From the NCBI GenBank assembly GCA_010093705.1, contig MU006093.1, positions 553,557 through 617,556 on the forward strand: a stretch of 64,000 nt of DNA, given 5' to 3'. Below the pieces are notes generated by a model. It had not been told where the DNA came from. It saw only the letters and a program-made list of their open reading frames with translations, and ran no database searches. Both the position numbers and the translations under genes were made by a program. Shown one piece after another: positions 1 to 12,041 of this stretch (position 1 is the first letter of the stretch; each line of letters starts with the position of its first letter). Origin of the DNA: Patellaria atrata CBS 101060. Taxonomy: Eukaryota.

Positions 1-1162
1 GATGTCTCGAGATTTGAGTTTCGACGGGTTAATCGCTTGGGAGGTGGCGCAAGAGGATACTCTATCTCTATTGCTGTGCCGTCTAGAGGTTCCCTGTCGA
101 TAATTATAGAATCCGTATTTGTTGCAGTAGTTTTTTTTGATTGTGTTCCCTTCTTTCCAGTTTTCGGTGCTGCTTTGCTCTTTGCTGGTGCTTTACGTCC
201 TTTGCCTGCTTTGGACGTTGTAGTCGCTACGGTCGCGATAGTCATGACACTGTCATCTAGTCCGACAGGAAGATCACCTCCAAGTGACATCAATGAGGGT
301 GCCTCCGAGAAAGTAGATTGTGTTGATAATCTGGAAGTTCTAGATGCTTTTGAACCTCGTCCCTTCTTTGCAGCCGGTTTCCTAGCTGCTTTGTTTTCTT
401 CAACTAATGTGAAGAAACAGCAATCGGGAGATCGCTTATAGTGCTCATCCCTAATATAATTAGAACAACTATGAGGAGAAGGCGCAATCTATCATACCAT
501 GGATTATCCTTTGGTTCCCAACCATCCAGTGATAAATTGCAGTACATGCAAGTTACTCCATCTTCAAACTCTGGGCTTGGATCAAAACACCAGCCAGCTT
601 CCACCATCTACAACAACACAGTCAGTCACAGCAGTTGTGGACTAGGAAGGTACTCATTACCTTTTGTATCTTGCATTTCCACCCTTTCTTATTCTCATGA
701 GGCCATAAATCGCCAAAGGTCGCCGTACGCGCATCTACCATGCGTTCACTCATAGGATCTTCCTCAACTCGCTTCATATCCTCTACTCGCGCTCGAATGC
801 ACGAAACAAGAGCCCAACTGCAATCCGGTGAATGTGCAAGGTGTTCAAAAGCTGCATTATCTCCAAGTTCCCATCCGTCTAGTTTTCTCTGGCAGTGGAA
901 ACACATAACATTGTCGTTACTAGTTGCGTCTGGGCGGTAGAAGAAGCCGGCTAAAGCAAGCTGTAATGTTATCAGTATTAACAATCAATTGAAAGTGATG
1001 CATTCCACATACCTCTTCTGGGGTAGGAGTCTTATGGGGCCATGATACAGTCGAAGGAGTTTTCTTTTTTGTAGATGAAGCGCGACGTTTTGGAAGTTGT
1101 ACTGGTTCCTGGAAAGTCGCTAGGCGACCTATTAATGTGTTGACACCCTCAGGAAGCTTCAT
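1..1162 (-). CDS. BIR1: BIR-domain chromosomal passenger protein (survivin/Bir1-like); 3' end runs off the window
   Basis: Two BIR repeats joined across introns 961-1012, 608-660 and 451-497 (all GT..AG): RLATF...WPH...LALAGFFY...CFHC...LDGWE...EH...C, then R.ATF...WPH...MVEAGW...CMYC...LDGWE..D.PWDEH...C. A K/T/A-rich tail follows. Confidence 0.9.
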
Positions 1163-1653
1163 CCTGAGAATTCGCGGACCAAAGCTCTTTCAAGCTTGAT
1201 ATATTTCTTCGTCCTCAGGGATTGGCGTTGATCTGGTCTGTGGATCGTTGTTTCCTGCGGTGGATAGAGTGATACCTTTTAAAGAAGTAAAGTAAACAAA
1301 ACATGAGACGCGGTTGGTAGGGTACCTGGAAAGAAAGACTAGCCCCGAAGGATGTTAGCGGAGTTTACTAGTTTTAGCGAGAGGCGATCATGACTGTGAT
1401 CACGTGGCGTCATATTAAGCTCGGTCTCTGACCGGACAAACGTTGAATTACGGGTTTTGTTGCCCATCGACAATCTATTTCACACTTCCTGTCAGTTCCT
1501 GCCATTGCGACCGTACATAACCTCAATTCCATAAAATTATGGCGCTACAACCTCCGACCAATATTGCACTTTCACCGGTCTCAGGTTTTGTATAGGTAGT
1601 ACAACTGAGTTCCCCATTGTCGCCTTAAGAATTTCACAACCGTCATTACCATC

Positions 1654-3310
1654 ATGGCTCTATCGCACCCAGCCGTAAGTGGTTCACGACCGCAAATTCT
1701 TTGGCACACGTCTTCTGGGTGAAACACAATCTGACTGACTTTGATAGTCTCTTTTTACTTTATTCAAATCTACTTCCGCAGTGATTATTCGGGAATCAGT
1801 TCCAGCCAAGAGAAGAATAGCATATACTTGGGGATATCGTCCGCTGCGCTACTATGCATCGGGAACACCCTCAAAGAAATCTGCGGAGCAAGAGGAGAAT
1901 GCGGTGGATCATTCGAGAGCGGAGAAATTCGTGTCCAGTGCTCGAGATGATAAAAACCCATCTCAAGTGTCATCTTCATCGTCGGAAACAGGAGAATCTA
2001 CTATTTCCGACGTGTCATTACCCGAAGGATGGGAGGATAACCCTGACTGGAACATAACAAAGTTCTCGGAATTACCACATGCAAAGTTTGGTTATAACCA
2101 GCACATAATTATCAATGAGGAGTTTAAAGAAGCCTTAAGACAGATGCTATGGCAATTCCGTGCGCCCATCAGGTATGCTTTCGCATACGGATCAGGCGTC
2201 TTCCCACAATCATCCTCGACAGTTTCTAGTAGTGCGACATCACCTCATCCACACCCCCCGGAAGCTATCACAAAGTGGCAAAAAGGGGGCGGAAAGATTA
2301 TTGACTTCATATTTGGCGTGTCGTTTACCCAACACTGGCATTCTTTGAATCTAACTCAACACCGGGACCATTACTCATTCCTTGGTTCATTCGGATCCGG
2401 TTTAGTTTCGCGAGTGCAGGACAGCTGGGGAGCCGGCGTCTACTTCAACCCTTACATTACTGTCAATGGCACCATGATCAAGTATGGTGTTGTAAACCTT
2501 GACACTATTGCTCACGATCTTAGCCAGTGGGATACTCTTTATCTTGCTGGACGCCTTCAAAAACCTGTCAAGATTCTCCGCGACGATGCGCGTATTCGCC
2601 TTGCCAACCAGGTTAATCTTATTTCTGCAGTTCGCACTGCACTTCTTATGCTTCCCGATTGTTTTACTGAGCGCGAACTGTTTGAAGCTATTGCAGGTAT
2701 CAGTTATATGGGCGACCCGCGCATGTCATTCGGCTCGGAAAACCCGCAGAAAGTTAAGAACATTGTTTCAAATCAGTTGACCAACTTCCGTCAATTATAC
2801 TTACCCTTGATTGAGAGTCTCCCAAATGTAACATATAATGATTCTCGATGTACTCGGTCTGACTGGACAGAAGATCCTTCAGGCGAATTTAGACTCAGCC
2901 AGGACATGGATCCAGTGAAACGGGGGAACATGGTTCGCCGTCTTCCCAAATCTTTCAGGAACAAAGTCTACTTCCAGTATCAACGCAAATTCCAAATTCC
3001 TGGCGGAGAGTTCAAGAAGATGTTGGAAGAGACCAAGGATGAAGATGAAAATGGTATCAAACGCCAACAGGGTGGAGAATTTGAACGGAGAATTGCAGGA
3101 GAAGATGATATCAAAACTCAGGTGGGACACGCAATTAGGGCCACTGTTAAATGGCCCTCCACCAGTCAGTCAATCAAGGGTATTTTCACATCAGGTCCTA
3201 GTAAAAGTATTCGATACCTAAAGGAGAAGAGGGAAAAGTCGAATCAAGGTAAGAAAGAGGCTGCTGCTACCTCAGAGAAAACTGGAGGAGAGGACAAAAA
3301 GAACGATTAA
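1654..3310 (+). CDS. TAM41: Mitochondrial phosphatidate cytidylyltransferase (Tam41/Mmp37)
   Basis: Motifs FAYGSGVFPQ, IDFIFGV, GAGVYFNPY, IKYGVV, LYLAGRLQKPV and ISYMGDPRM. Exon 1 is 1654-1674 (MALSHPA); intron 1675-1747 (GTAAGT..CTGAC..TAG) joins it in frame to the 1781 ORF. Confidence 0.93.
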
Positions 3311-4005
3311 TGTCATATCCTTGAAACAAATTTCTCATTTGTACTATACATAGACGGGCTACAATTTTAGTATTGGATGGCACGCGTGGAAGGTGCTGGA
3401 TTATGGCGTTGGATTAACTTCCCTAAAGGGGTATGGAAGTATATTCGAGTCAGTTGTACTTGACTGAGGAGCCGGTGATGAAGGAAAGCACATTGTAACT
3501 GTAAAACATCATGGAGAACTAGAATTCTAGTGTTCGACAAGAACTGATGGATAGAGGACTCGCTTAGGGTCAGATCATTCCCCCCATTCAAACGCGGGTC
3601 CCCTGCTCCGCTCCTCTGAGCCCGGTAATTTCTTTCATTCTATCTCAAAACTTCATCAAGATTTCCACAACTTCAGGCATCATCATCTTACAAAATACCT
3701 TCATGTTTGACCTCAATTGGCGATTGACATGACCGCTAATATCGTACAGTTGCGTCTCTGTACATTGTGCGTGGTAAGTGGTAAAGGTCCTCGGCCCCAA
3801 GCGAGAGATGAGGCTGCATTTACGACATCCCTCTCATTGGATAGCCCCCTATACCTGCTTGTGGTATGGGAGAGGCTCTGTTTTCTACAGGCTTAGGGTT
3901 CGATTGCGGCACTAAATGTTCCTTCTTGTCGGTCGTATACTGTACATGTTAAGATCTCGTCGTTAGCAAAGTGTCAATTCTTCGTATTACTACTTCTTCA
4001 GTGTT

Positions 4006-5773
4006 ATGAGCTTCCTTGTGGACAGAAGAGGAGGGAAACGGCGGCGTTCCTCTTCGCCCGCGCCCCTTTCACTCATTGCACCATCTGAAAGTTCTCTTTC
4101 CGAGCCTGTATCCTCGGACCGCTTCCCACGGCAATTCAACGAACATGTTGACCATAGAACACGTTTTCAAGGACCCCTAAGTATTGAAATCTCGCGAGAT
4201 TACAGTTTCAGGAAACCCCTAATGCAGATTAGAATCAGAATCGGCTTTAAAACTCGAAAAACCAGAGGAACTGGTTCATTCAAGACTAAGAAGCCATGAT
4301 AGTCCTTCGAACGAAACGTCTAGGAACCGAATTAGAGCTGAAGCTGGTCCCTCCGATGTATCCACTCCCGAGGATAATCTGCATTCCGACTATCAACTTG
4401 GAAAGACAGAGAGTAGAATCACTATTAGCACAGTTGAAGAAGTTTCTGGTATAAGAACCGTGGGATATTGCTTAGTCTGCCATATAAGGACCAGGAAAGT
4501 TAAAAGGATCACAGACGGAGGCGAAGACTTTTTGTGTCGACAGTGCGGGACAATGCGTACTGGACCGCCAAACAACCTTCAGGAGGATGACGAAAATGAT
4601 GTGCTATTAGTTGATGCAGACTTAGAGAAAGACATACGTACAGAGGAGGAAGATGCAGCTATAGAACAAGCCGAGAAAGTATTGCAAGAGCATTCTGAAG
4701 TCTTGAACCAGGATTGTGACAGTATAGCTTCGAGCTGTGGATGGCTTTACACCTCTGTTCAGTCGTATGCATCTTCGAACGATGTACCTTTGAGAACGCT
4801 TCAGACCCTAGGTCATGGAAGTGTAGGAATAGTTGAGGAAGTGGAATTAGCCACCCAGCAAGAAGAAACACTACGTTCATTCGTGAGGAAACGGATTCAG
4901 ATACCACGTTCACGTCGTCGACAACTTTCTCAGCTTGTTGAGCAAGAAATTGATGTCCTAAGGCGTCTTAGACACCCTCACATTGTGAAACTCATAGGAA
5001 CCTACTTAGACGGGCCATTAGACCGTCACTACTTCCAAAGTCTGTTGTTATACCCCGTCGGAGAGTATGATCTTCGCACCTTTTTACAACTAACGGCAGA
5101 TGAAGAAGACTTATCATCTGCAGATTTCAGCACCTCAAGACTTTGGCTTCAGACTTGGTTCGGTTGCTTGGCAGGGGCTCTGTGTTACATGCATGAGACA
5201 GGTGTCCGCCATCAGGACATAAAGCCATCCAACATCATCCACCGAGGTCGCGATGTTTACTTTACAGACTTTAGCTCCGCTGATAAATTCGAACTGGGCG
5301 GCACTACCTCCACCGAGAATCCTGCAAGCACGACGGCAATGTACGCAGCACCAGAAACACTTCATGATGGAGATGAATATCAGCGCCATGGACTAGCCAC
5401 TGATGTCTTTTCCCTTGGATGTGTTTTCATAGAGATGCTAGCAGTATTGGCTGGTAGCACTGTTGACGAATTGCAGGATTGGTGCTTCGATCAATCTGGT
5501 TCCAAGTATACCCCTAGGTTTCGAAACTACAATCGCACGTTGCAACGGGTCGAGCAATGGTTCAATGGGTCTATGAACAGTCAGGAGACTCAATTAGCTA
5601 ACCCTCCAGTACGGGAATCCGAAGCTGCTTGGGGTTGCTCGTATTTCTATAACAACTGTGTTCGTCTAATGCTAAACGAAGAGCGAAAGGAGAGACCAAA
5701 CATTCGAGAGGTATGCTCCCTGATAAATAGACAACAACCATGGCGTACCCTACCATGTCCTTGCAAAATGTAA
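4006..5773 (+). CDS. Lineage-specific Ser/Thr protein kinase with N-terminal CxxC..CxxC motif
   Basis: Kinase motifs LGHGSVGIV, FVRKRI, HPHIVKL, HQDIKPSNII, DFS (instead of DFG), YAAPE and DVFSLG. The frame is open from about 4223. The 5' exon 4006-4180 and intron 4181-4232 (GTATTG..CTAAT..TAG) are inferred, so the start is uncertain. Confidence 0.8.
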
Positions 5774-6236
5774 GGCGCTCTGTTTGTGGAATTTGCATAG
5801 AATAAGAATAAGAGAGTAGGCTACAGCGTTGGCAGTTCGGAGTTTGTAGATGAAATAAAAACCGGAGACGATAACGAAGCAATCCAATCCAGGAAGGTTA
5901 AAATATCCAGTTCGATTCATGATATATCTTCAAAGCGGATCATGTGCTAGTTTTGTACCCCTCACAACTCCAGCCTTGCTGTGATAAATGGTGGGTTGCT
6001 GCAGTCAGCGTATCACTATCTTGGCACCATATTCACAATCTACACCGGAAATCAGGTAAATCAACTTTGACCTCTTGATCATCTAGAGTTTGAAGTTTCG
6101 CGTTCATCTTTCAGTTCCTTCTTTAAAGTCCTCTATTTTGATGGTCCTTTCTTTTATGTTTAGTAATTATCAATTGTTACTAAAATTAGCAATAGGCTAC
6201 CATCGAGCCTTGAAATCTCGTATAACTATCAACACC

Positions 6237-7753
6237 ATGGGTCAAATATTAGCGAGACTTGTTTCTATCTTAAAGTCGGAAGATCAACATCCCAGTTTTA
6301 GAGTCACGAGATCTACATACGGAACGGTAAGGAGTCATCATAATCCACCGTCGACGACAGGTCATAGACGTCGTGAGGGAGACGATGATGTGTGCACAGG
6401 AGGCCATGCCCAATTATACGGACGAGGGCAAAAAAGTAGTGGCAAGGAAGGAAAGCGCAAATGGCCGTCAACGTTTCGGGATACGAAGCGGAGATCTGGT
6501 CACGTGAGTGATAGTCAAATTCGAAATAGGACCAAGGATGGTAGATCTGGAGGTGCCTCAGAGCGAGCGGGTAGGAAGTCACCCAAGAAATATCAGGTCG
6601 GTGGAGATATGACAATATTGACAGGTTTATTCGCAAGCTCCGGGAAACGGTCTGGTAAAGGGTCTTTAGGAGACAGAAAGGACCACGGGAATCGTAGTGA
6701 TACGGATTTGAGTTCCAGTAAACAACCACGACGGAGTAACAGTACGGATATAAGGAGCGGTGTCGATGGCCCAGATCAACCATCTTTAAAAAGAGTTCCG
6801 CGAACCACTAGGAAAACCCCTCCAGGCGCCTCAAGTGATGTCGAGAGGAAGCAAAAACATTCAAATAAAGCTGACAGGGAGCACATCCGACAGGACAGTC
6901 TTCTAGACGTTCAAGAACCGTTGAATCCAAGGAAAAAAAATCCTCAGCAAACTTTTGAATGTATGATTTGTACAGATACTCTCCCACTAGACCGGTTCCC
7001 CGGCCGCGCCCCAACTCGCCAGTGTAACCATAGCGCCCACACCTGTAGAAAGTGCTTACGGCACTGGATCGACTCCGAATTCAAAGTCAAGATATGGAAT
7101 CAGATCGGGTGTCCCGAGTGCTGGCAACCATTGCGGATGAGGGATATGAAGAAGTTTGCTCCCAAGGAGGTAACTAAAAGGTCAATACCTTGGACTCCGC
7201 CATTAATGTACCCTCACAAATCCTGATCTTGAAAGTTTAGATACGAATACCTTCATGACCGCCACGTGCGCTCTCAAACTAAGAATTTCATGTGGTGTCC
7301 GTCTCTGCATTGCGAAGAAGGACAAGTCCACAATCCCAAAAATCCTAAGTTCACCTGTAACAAATGCGGCTACAAGTTCTGCGTCGCGCATAATATCCCG
7401 TGGCACAGTAGTGAAAGTTGCAAAGAGTTTAATCGGCGGCAAAGCCAGAAGAGGCGGAAAGAAGAAAATGAACAAAGTGTGAAATTTGTAGAGGGGAACT
7501 TCAAGAAGTGCGAATGTGGATGGTGGATCGAGAAGAATGATGGTTGTGACCATATGACCTGTGAGCTATTCTTTCCTTTTTGCCCATAATTACTCACAAC
7601 TGCTGGCCCTTGCTTCTGGGTGAACTACAAACTGACTACGCACCAGGTACTAAATGTCGTCGGGAGTTTTGCTATTCATGTCTTGCGCCGTATAAACCAA
7701 TTCGAGACCATGGTAACAGAATGCATAATGTTGGATGTCAGTACCATATGTGA
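6237..7753 (+). CDS. RBR (RING1-IBR-RING2) E3 ubiquitin ligase
   Basis: RING1 CMIC...CNH...CRKC...CPEC; IBR WCPSLHC...CNKC..FCVAH..WH....C; RING2 KKCECG..IEKNDGCDHMTCTKC...FCYSC. Introns 7181-7240 and 7561-7646. Basic, disordered N-terminus. Confidence 0.9.
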
Positions 7754-7894
7754 TAGGGGAACACGTCTGGGCCGACAACGAGTAAGTGAGGAACGAATAA
7801 TGAGTTTACGACCGGAATAAACACGTAATATTTATAATACTTCATATTGATAGAATGATACTTTTCGAACTTTAACTCATTATTGTAATCAATC

Positions 7895-9313
7895 CTATTC
7901 ACTCTCACTTGCACTATCTCCACCGCCTGCATCATGCTCCATTCCATGAAATCCTTCCCTTTCGGCTCCAATCAAGGGAGCTCTTTCGCCCTCTTTCCTT
8001 CTAAAGTGACTTCCAACACTTATTGCGAGCGTGGAAAGGCCGTGCACCATTGTTGAACCGAGCACAACGAAACATATTACTGGCCATATGATGTCTACTA
8101 CGTGCCTCTTCGTTGGATCAAGCTGTGGCGGTGGGCGTTCCAAAGGTTCAGATGTATCCGTTTCTAACTGAGCCCGTGCTTCAATTGCCAAAAACAACGC
8201 CCCTACTCCCATGGGACCGAAGTGTCCTGCAAATAACGCTTCCCGGAATGTGTGTAAGTCTGGAGTAATACGATACAGTAACAGCGTGGCAGGTAATCTC
8301 CTGAATAGGAGTATCAGTACCAGTAGGCCAAATAGTTTAGGGACAGTCAACTCGTAGAAACCATGGAACTGCTCCCAGGGGATGAGTGCCCCAAAGTAGA
8401 TGAACATGCTCGAATTAACCAATAAATCTATGATCTCTGGCAACTTTGTTTCGGCCATATTTGCTGCGAACCATCCATCACGTGAGAATCCAATACCGGC
8501 TGAAAAGGAAAGGAGGAAGTCATCTAACCCGAGGATACTTGCTAGGCCGACACAGAATAACGCTAGAAGGATGTAAAAAACTAGGTAAGAAGCCCGGCTT
8601 ATTGTCTCTTTCGCATCAGCGAAGCGTAGGAGCTTGTTGGCGAAGTGTCCAATGGTGAAGCCAAGAATGATTCCTAATAGACACTGCCAAAAGATGGTAA
8701 TGAGCAACCATTTTTTGAATGTCCCTAGAGCGGTGCTTCTCAGGAGGATCGCGAGTCCAAAATATAAAAACGGGAACGACACACCATCATTACACCCTGA
8801 CTCCGCGGCCAGGAGGTCCCTAATCCTTTTCGGAACTCTTGAACTGAACTTGCTATTGTTCAGCACCGAAGCCGCAAGCACAGGATCCGTGGGCGTCAGG
8901 CAAGCCGCAATAACCAGACTGGTCGGAAATCCCACATTGAGAATCCAATGGATAAAGGCCGCGGAAACGAGCCATCCAAACGCCATGACAGGCCCTAGCA
9001 GCATAGCAACGCTCTTCCAATGCCGCACGAAATAGTACTTCGGCAGCCCGATGCCGACAGCGAAGCACTCAAGGCCAAGCACGACGCGAGTTAGTTCCTG
9101 GAGCTCGGTATCGCCGAGACCCCATCGCACTGGGTCCAAGGCGCCGATCCCTTTGGGGCCAAATATGATCCCGAAGAGGGTTGCGAGTGGTGGCTCGGAG
9201 AGGTGCAGGCGGTTGCGAATGAAGAGGGAAAAGAGTGCGTATGTGAGGAGGAAGAAGGAGATGAGGAGATAGGAGAGGTGGGGACCGGTGGGCTCGAGCT
9301 GTTTCCAAGCCAT
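7895..9313 (-). CDS. Plasma-membrane Na+/H+ antiporter (CPA1, Nha1/Cnh1 family)
   Basis: Multi-pass hydrophobic ORF with TPTDPVLA, AESGCNDG..FPF, LDDFL, FRRLP and GHFGPMGVGA. Confidence 0.92.
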   Translation of the reverse strand: MAWKQLEPTGPHLSYLLISFFLLTYALFSLFIRNRLHLSEPPLATLFGIIFGPKGIGALDPVRWGLGDTELQELTRVVLGLECFAVGIGLPKYYFVRHWKSVAMLLGPVMAFGWLVSAAFIHWILNVGFPTSLVIAACLTPTDPVLAASVLNNSKFSSRVPKRIRDLLAAESGCNDGVSFPFLYFGLAILLRSTALGTFKKWLLITIFWQCLLGIILGFTIGHFANKLLRFADAKETISRASYLVFYILLALFCVGLASILGLDDFLLSFSAGIGFSRDGWFAANMAETKLPEIIDLLVNSSMFIYFGALIPWEQFHGFYELTVPKLFGLLVLILLFRRLPATLLLYRITPDLHTFREALFAGHFGPMGVGALFLAIEARAQLETDTSEPLERPPPQLDPTKRHVVDIIWPVICFVVLGSTMVHGLSTLAISVGSHFRRKEGERAPLIGAEREGFHGMEHDAGGGDSASESE

Positions 9314-9939
9314 TGTGAGGGAGATGAATGGATATTGTTTGTGTTAGATGTTGTATTAACAGAGCATCTCATAGACGACTTCGATAAGTTTTAGAAACGT
9401 TCATTTTCATTGCAGTTGCTTTTAGCCTGGAACTCTTCGTTAACGTGTGATCGCGAGTTTGTCAGTTCAGATAATGAGTATAGAACTAGTCTAGCATCAA
9501 AGTAGCTAGCTAAATCTCTAGGACGATTAGATTCTAGCGGTGTATGACGTCGCCATCAAGCACACCATTTCGTCCGGTGCATCGAGTATTTCAAGCACAA
9601 CACCGGTTATGTTAGTTATTAGATTTGGAAATATATGTATTCCCTACCGATACGTTTGTATGAATGAAAATGGGGGAATTGCTGAGCATGGGGAGCACTC
9701 CCCAGGAATCAGGGCACAAGTTCGAAGCGGTCAACGGACCATAGTTGGTAGGATACCAACAGATGTTCTGATACCATACTATTAAATACGATTACTGTAC
9801 TTCAGATATCTCGTCATATTCAATAATTAGTCATGTATGCGGTATTCAAGTCCTGAACTGTTGCAGCTAGAGACTTTTAAGCTTTAGTGTGCATTTTTTC
9901 GCGTCACTTAGAAGTCTAATCCACGTTATGCACGGATAT

Positions 9940-10100
9940 AGACTATGCCCGGCTATTCTATAAAGTTATACTATTACTTTATAATTAAGTATCTCTACTA
10001 ATATAGCTACTATTAACCTTTATAATCAATAATCTGAATATATGATTGAGCCCTAATATTAACTATATCGCTAAAAAGTTTAAAGTTAAATATTTTGTTC
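9940..10100. other. Short AT/TpA-rich island, possibly a RIP-mutated repeat remnant
   Basis: Abrupt AT-rich patch dense in TA dinucleotides (ctataaagttatactattactttataattaag...) against a ~45-50% GC background; no ORF. Confidence 0.4.
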
Positions 10101-10458
10101 CTGACGTGAGTTTATAACTTCTCTACGCTGGAACCAGATTGGTATAAACACGCGCAAGGTTTCTCCTGATGAGAAACCTCCTTCCTAGAAGGGTAGGTTT
10201 CCGCTTCGTGATAGAACGTGTAAAGGTTTGCACTTCAAGTTAACGATATAACTTACTTCCCCCTAACTCTCTCTCAAAGGCTTCACTGTAGAGACAAGTG
10301 ATACTGTACGAACACAGTATGACAAAGGTGAGTTAAGTCAAAGATCGTAACATCCAATCATATAGTAAGATATGTTGGTAAGAAGACCTACGAAGAAACT
10401 AAATACATGCGTAGAGGAGCGTCCTTGAGTATTCCTTCTTCACAGTCCTATTTCATGC

Positions 10459-10528
10459 TGGTCGTCTGGTCGTTCTGGTCGTTTGGTCGTTTTTCTGCGA
10501 CCGAACGACCAAACGTCCAAACGTCCAA
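10459..10528. repeat. Imperfect palindrome made of 8-9 bp tandem units
   Basis: Left arm is TGGTCGT-based units x4 (10459-10490). After a short spacer, the right arm is CGACCGAA CGACCAAA CGTCCAAA CGTCCAA (10498-10528), the reverse complement of the same unit. Confidence 0.8.
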
Positions 10529-10783
10529 GTCACGTGATCTCCGTATCACTGTCTTTTCCCGTGGTTGTACCGAGTGGTTGTTCCTCTCTTCCCCATGTCC
10601 GTTCTTACGTCTTGTGGCCGTAACACTGGATTTGACTTCTGAATTCCACGACATTCGTTCCACGAAACGTGTAAGACAAGGTCTTAGCTGTGCTATTAAC
10701 CAAAATTTCAATTTATTCTTACAATGACATAGAACGCCATAAAACCCTCATTTATGCCATATATTCAATAATTAGAAGAGGAT

Positions 10784-11819
10784 ATGTCTAGAAATTCTTT
10801 TTCATTCCCGCCTCTACCAGCAGGACCACCTACCACATACAACTGGTATCAAGCACTGATAGATCATCCGGACTGTCAGGGAGATCCTGTAAGTTGTCTT
10901 TGACTGGCATCTAGGACTACTGCATTATAAAACCTATGGCATTAATGAACTTTTCTTTCAGCAGAAGATACAGGAAGCATACAGTGCATTCCGATCTCAG
11001 AACTACAGAAATGCAGTTCAAAGTTTCACCTCAAGGTCTCCCTCTGCTCCGGTATCGGATACAACACTCATTAGCCACTTGAAAAGGCAGAAAATTCTCA
11101 AAAGCCACGGTGTAGAGGATAGCATGAATCATTCAAAAGTGGGCGATAATGAAAGAGAGACCCAAAATGTCAATTGCCTCGTTGTTTGGCTACGTCCCAG
11201 CGCCGCTGTCCTGGATATTGTGATGAAATTGCAACTTAGAATTGCTGAGATGGTTGATGGTGATCTTCATATGATTCCTCTGGGAGACATGCATATTTCT
11301 CTCTTAGAACTCTCCCATCGGCACACTGTCACTCACTTGGAAGACGTAGCTAAGAAGATTGGAGAAGCTACACTGCTTAACATTTTGGATTATCCCTCCA
11401 AGCACTCTTCGAAACCTCGCCTCGTTGCTCCGCGGATAAATTTCGACAAAGCGGGAATAGCGTTGAGCTTTCTACCGTCGCAAGAAGATGATTATACGTA
11501 CCATCACCTGAGAAACGATATGCACAAACTGGCGCTACAAACCGGCATAGAGATTGATACGTGTTATACGGCACCTACAGCACATATAACATTCGGTCGA
11601 TTCGTTGATACGACGAATTTTCGAACCGAAGTAGATATGAGAAAGTTTCTTGACCTAGTTGAGAACTTGAATACCGAATTAAGCACTGAATATGGGCTCG
11701 AAAACGGATCCCCAAAATTTGAATGGATAGTAGCCAATGAACTAAGTGCAGAGCTACAGTCAGGTTATGTGAAATTTGGAAGAGCCAGAGAGAAGGCAAC
11801 ACTTCTCGGGCGTAGGTGA
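10784..11819 (+). CDS. 2H phosphoesterase (LigT-like / cyclic nucleotide phosphodiesterase fold)
   Basis: Two HxS/T motifs, MHISL and AHITF, about 95 aa apart. Exon 1 is 10784-10888; intron 10889-10961 joins it in frame to the 11079 ORF. Confidence 0.75.
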
Positions 11820-12041
11820 GGGTGTTATGTCACGAACACTAATAGGACCTTATGAGACGCTGGACTTTGACCACACGCTAAAGACTTGGATATTCTTCAA
11901 TGTCGAATCTGATTATCATGACTCGTGATCATTCTAAAGAATACTAGAAGGTTCAATTCCCGAAAAAACCCACTACATTCGGATTCCTCAAATAGGAAAG
12001 CAAAATACTTTAGCCATCTTGAAACATGAACCTCAATTTAC

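Noticed and set aside
6090..6236. N-terminal extension of the RBR ORF
   Set aside because: It has a TTG start and AT-rich, UTR-like sequence. The ATG at 6237 has good context (ACCATGG).
10459..10528. CRISPR-like array
   Set aside because: The units are only 8-9 bp, there are no spacers, and the context is eukaryotic.
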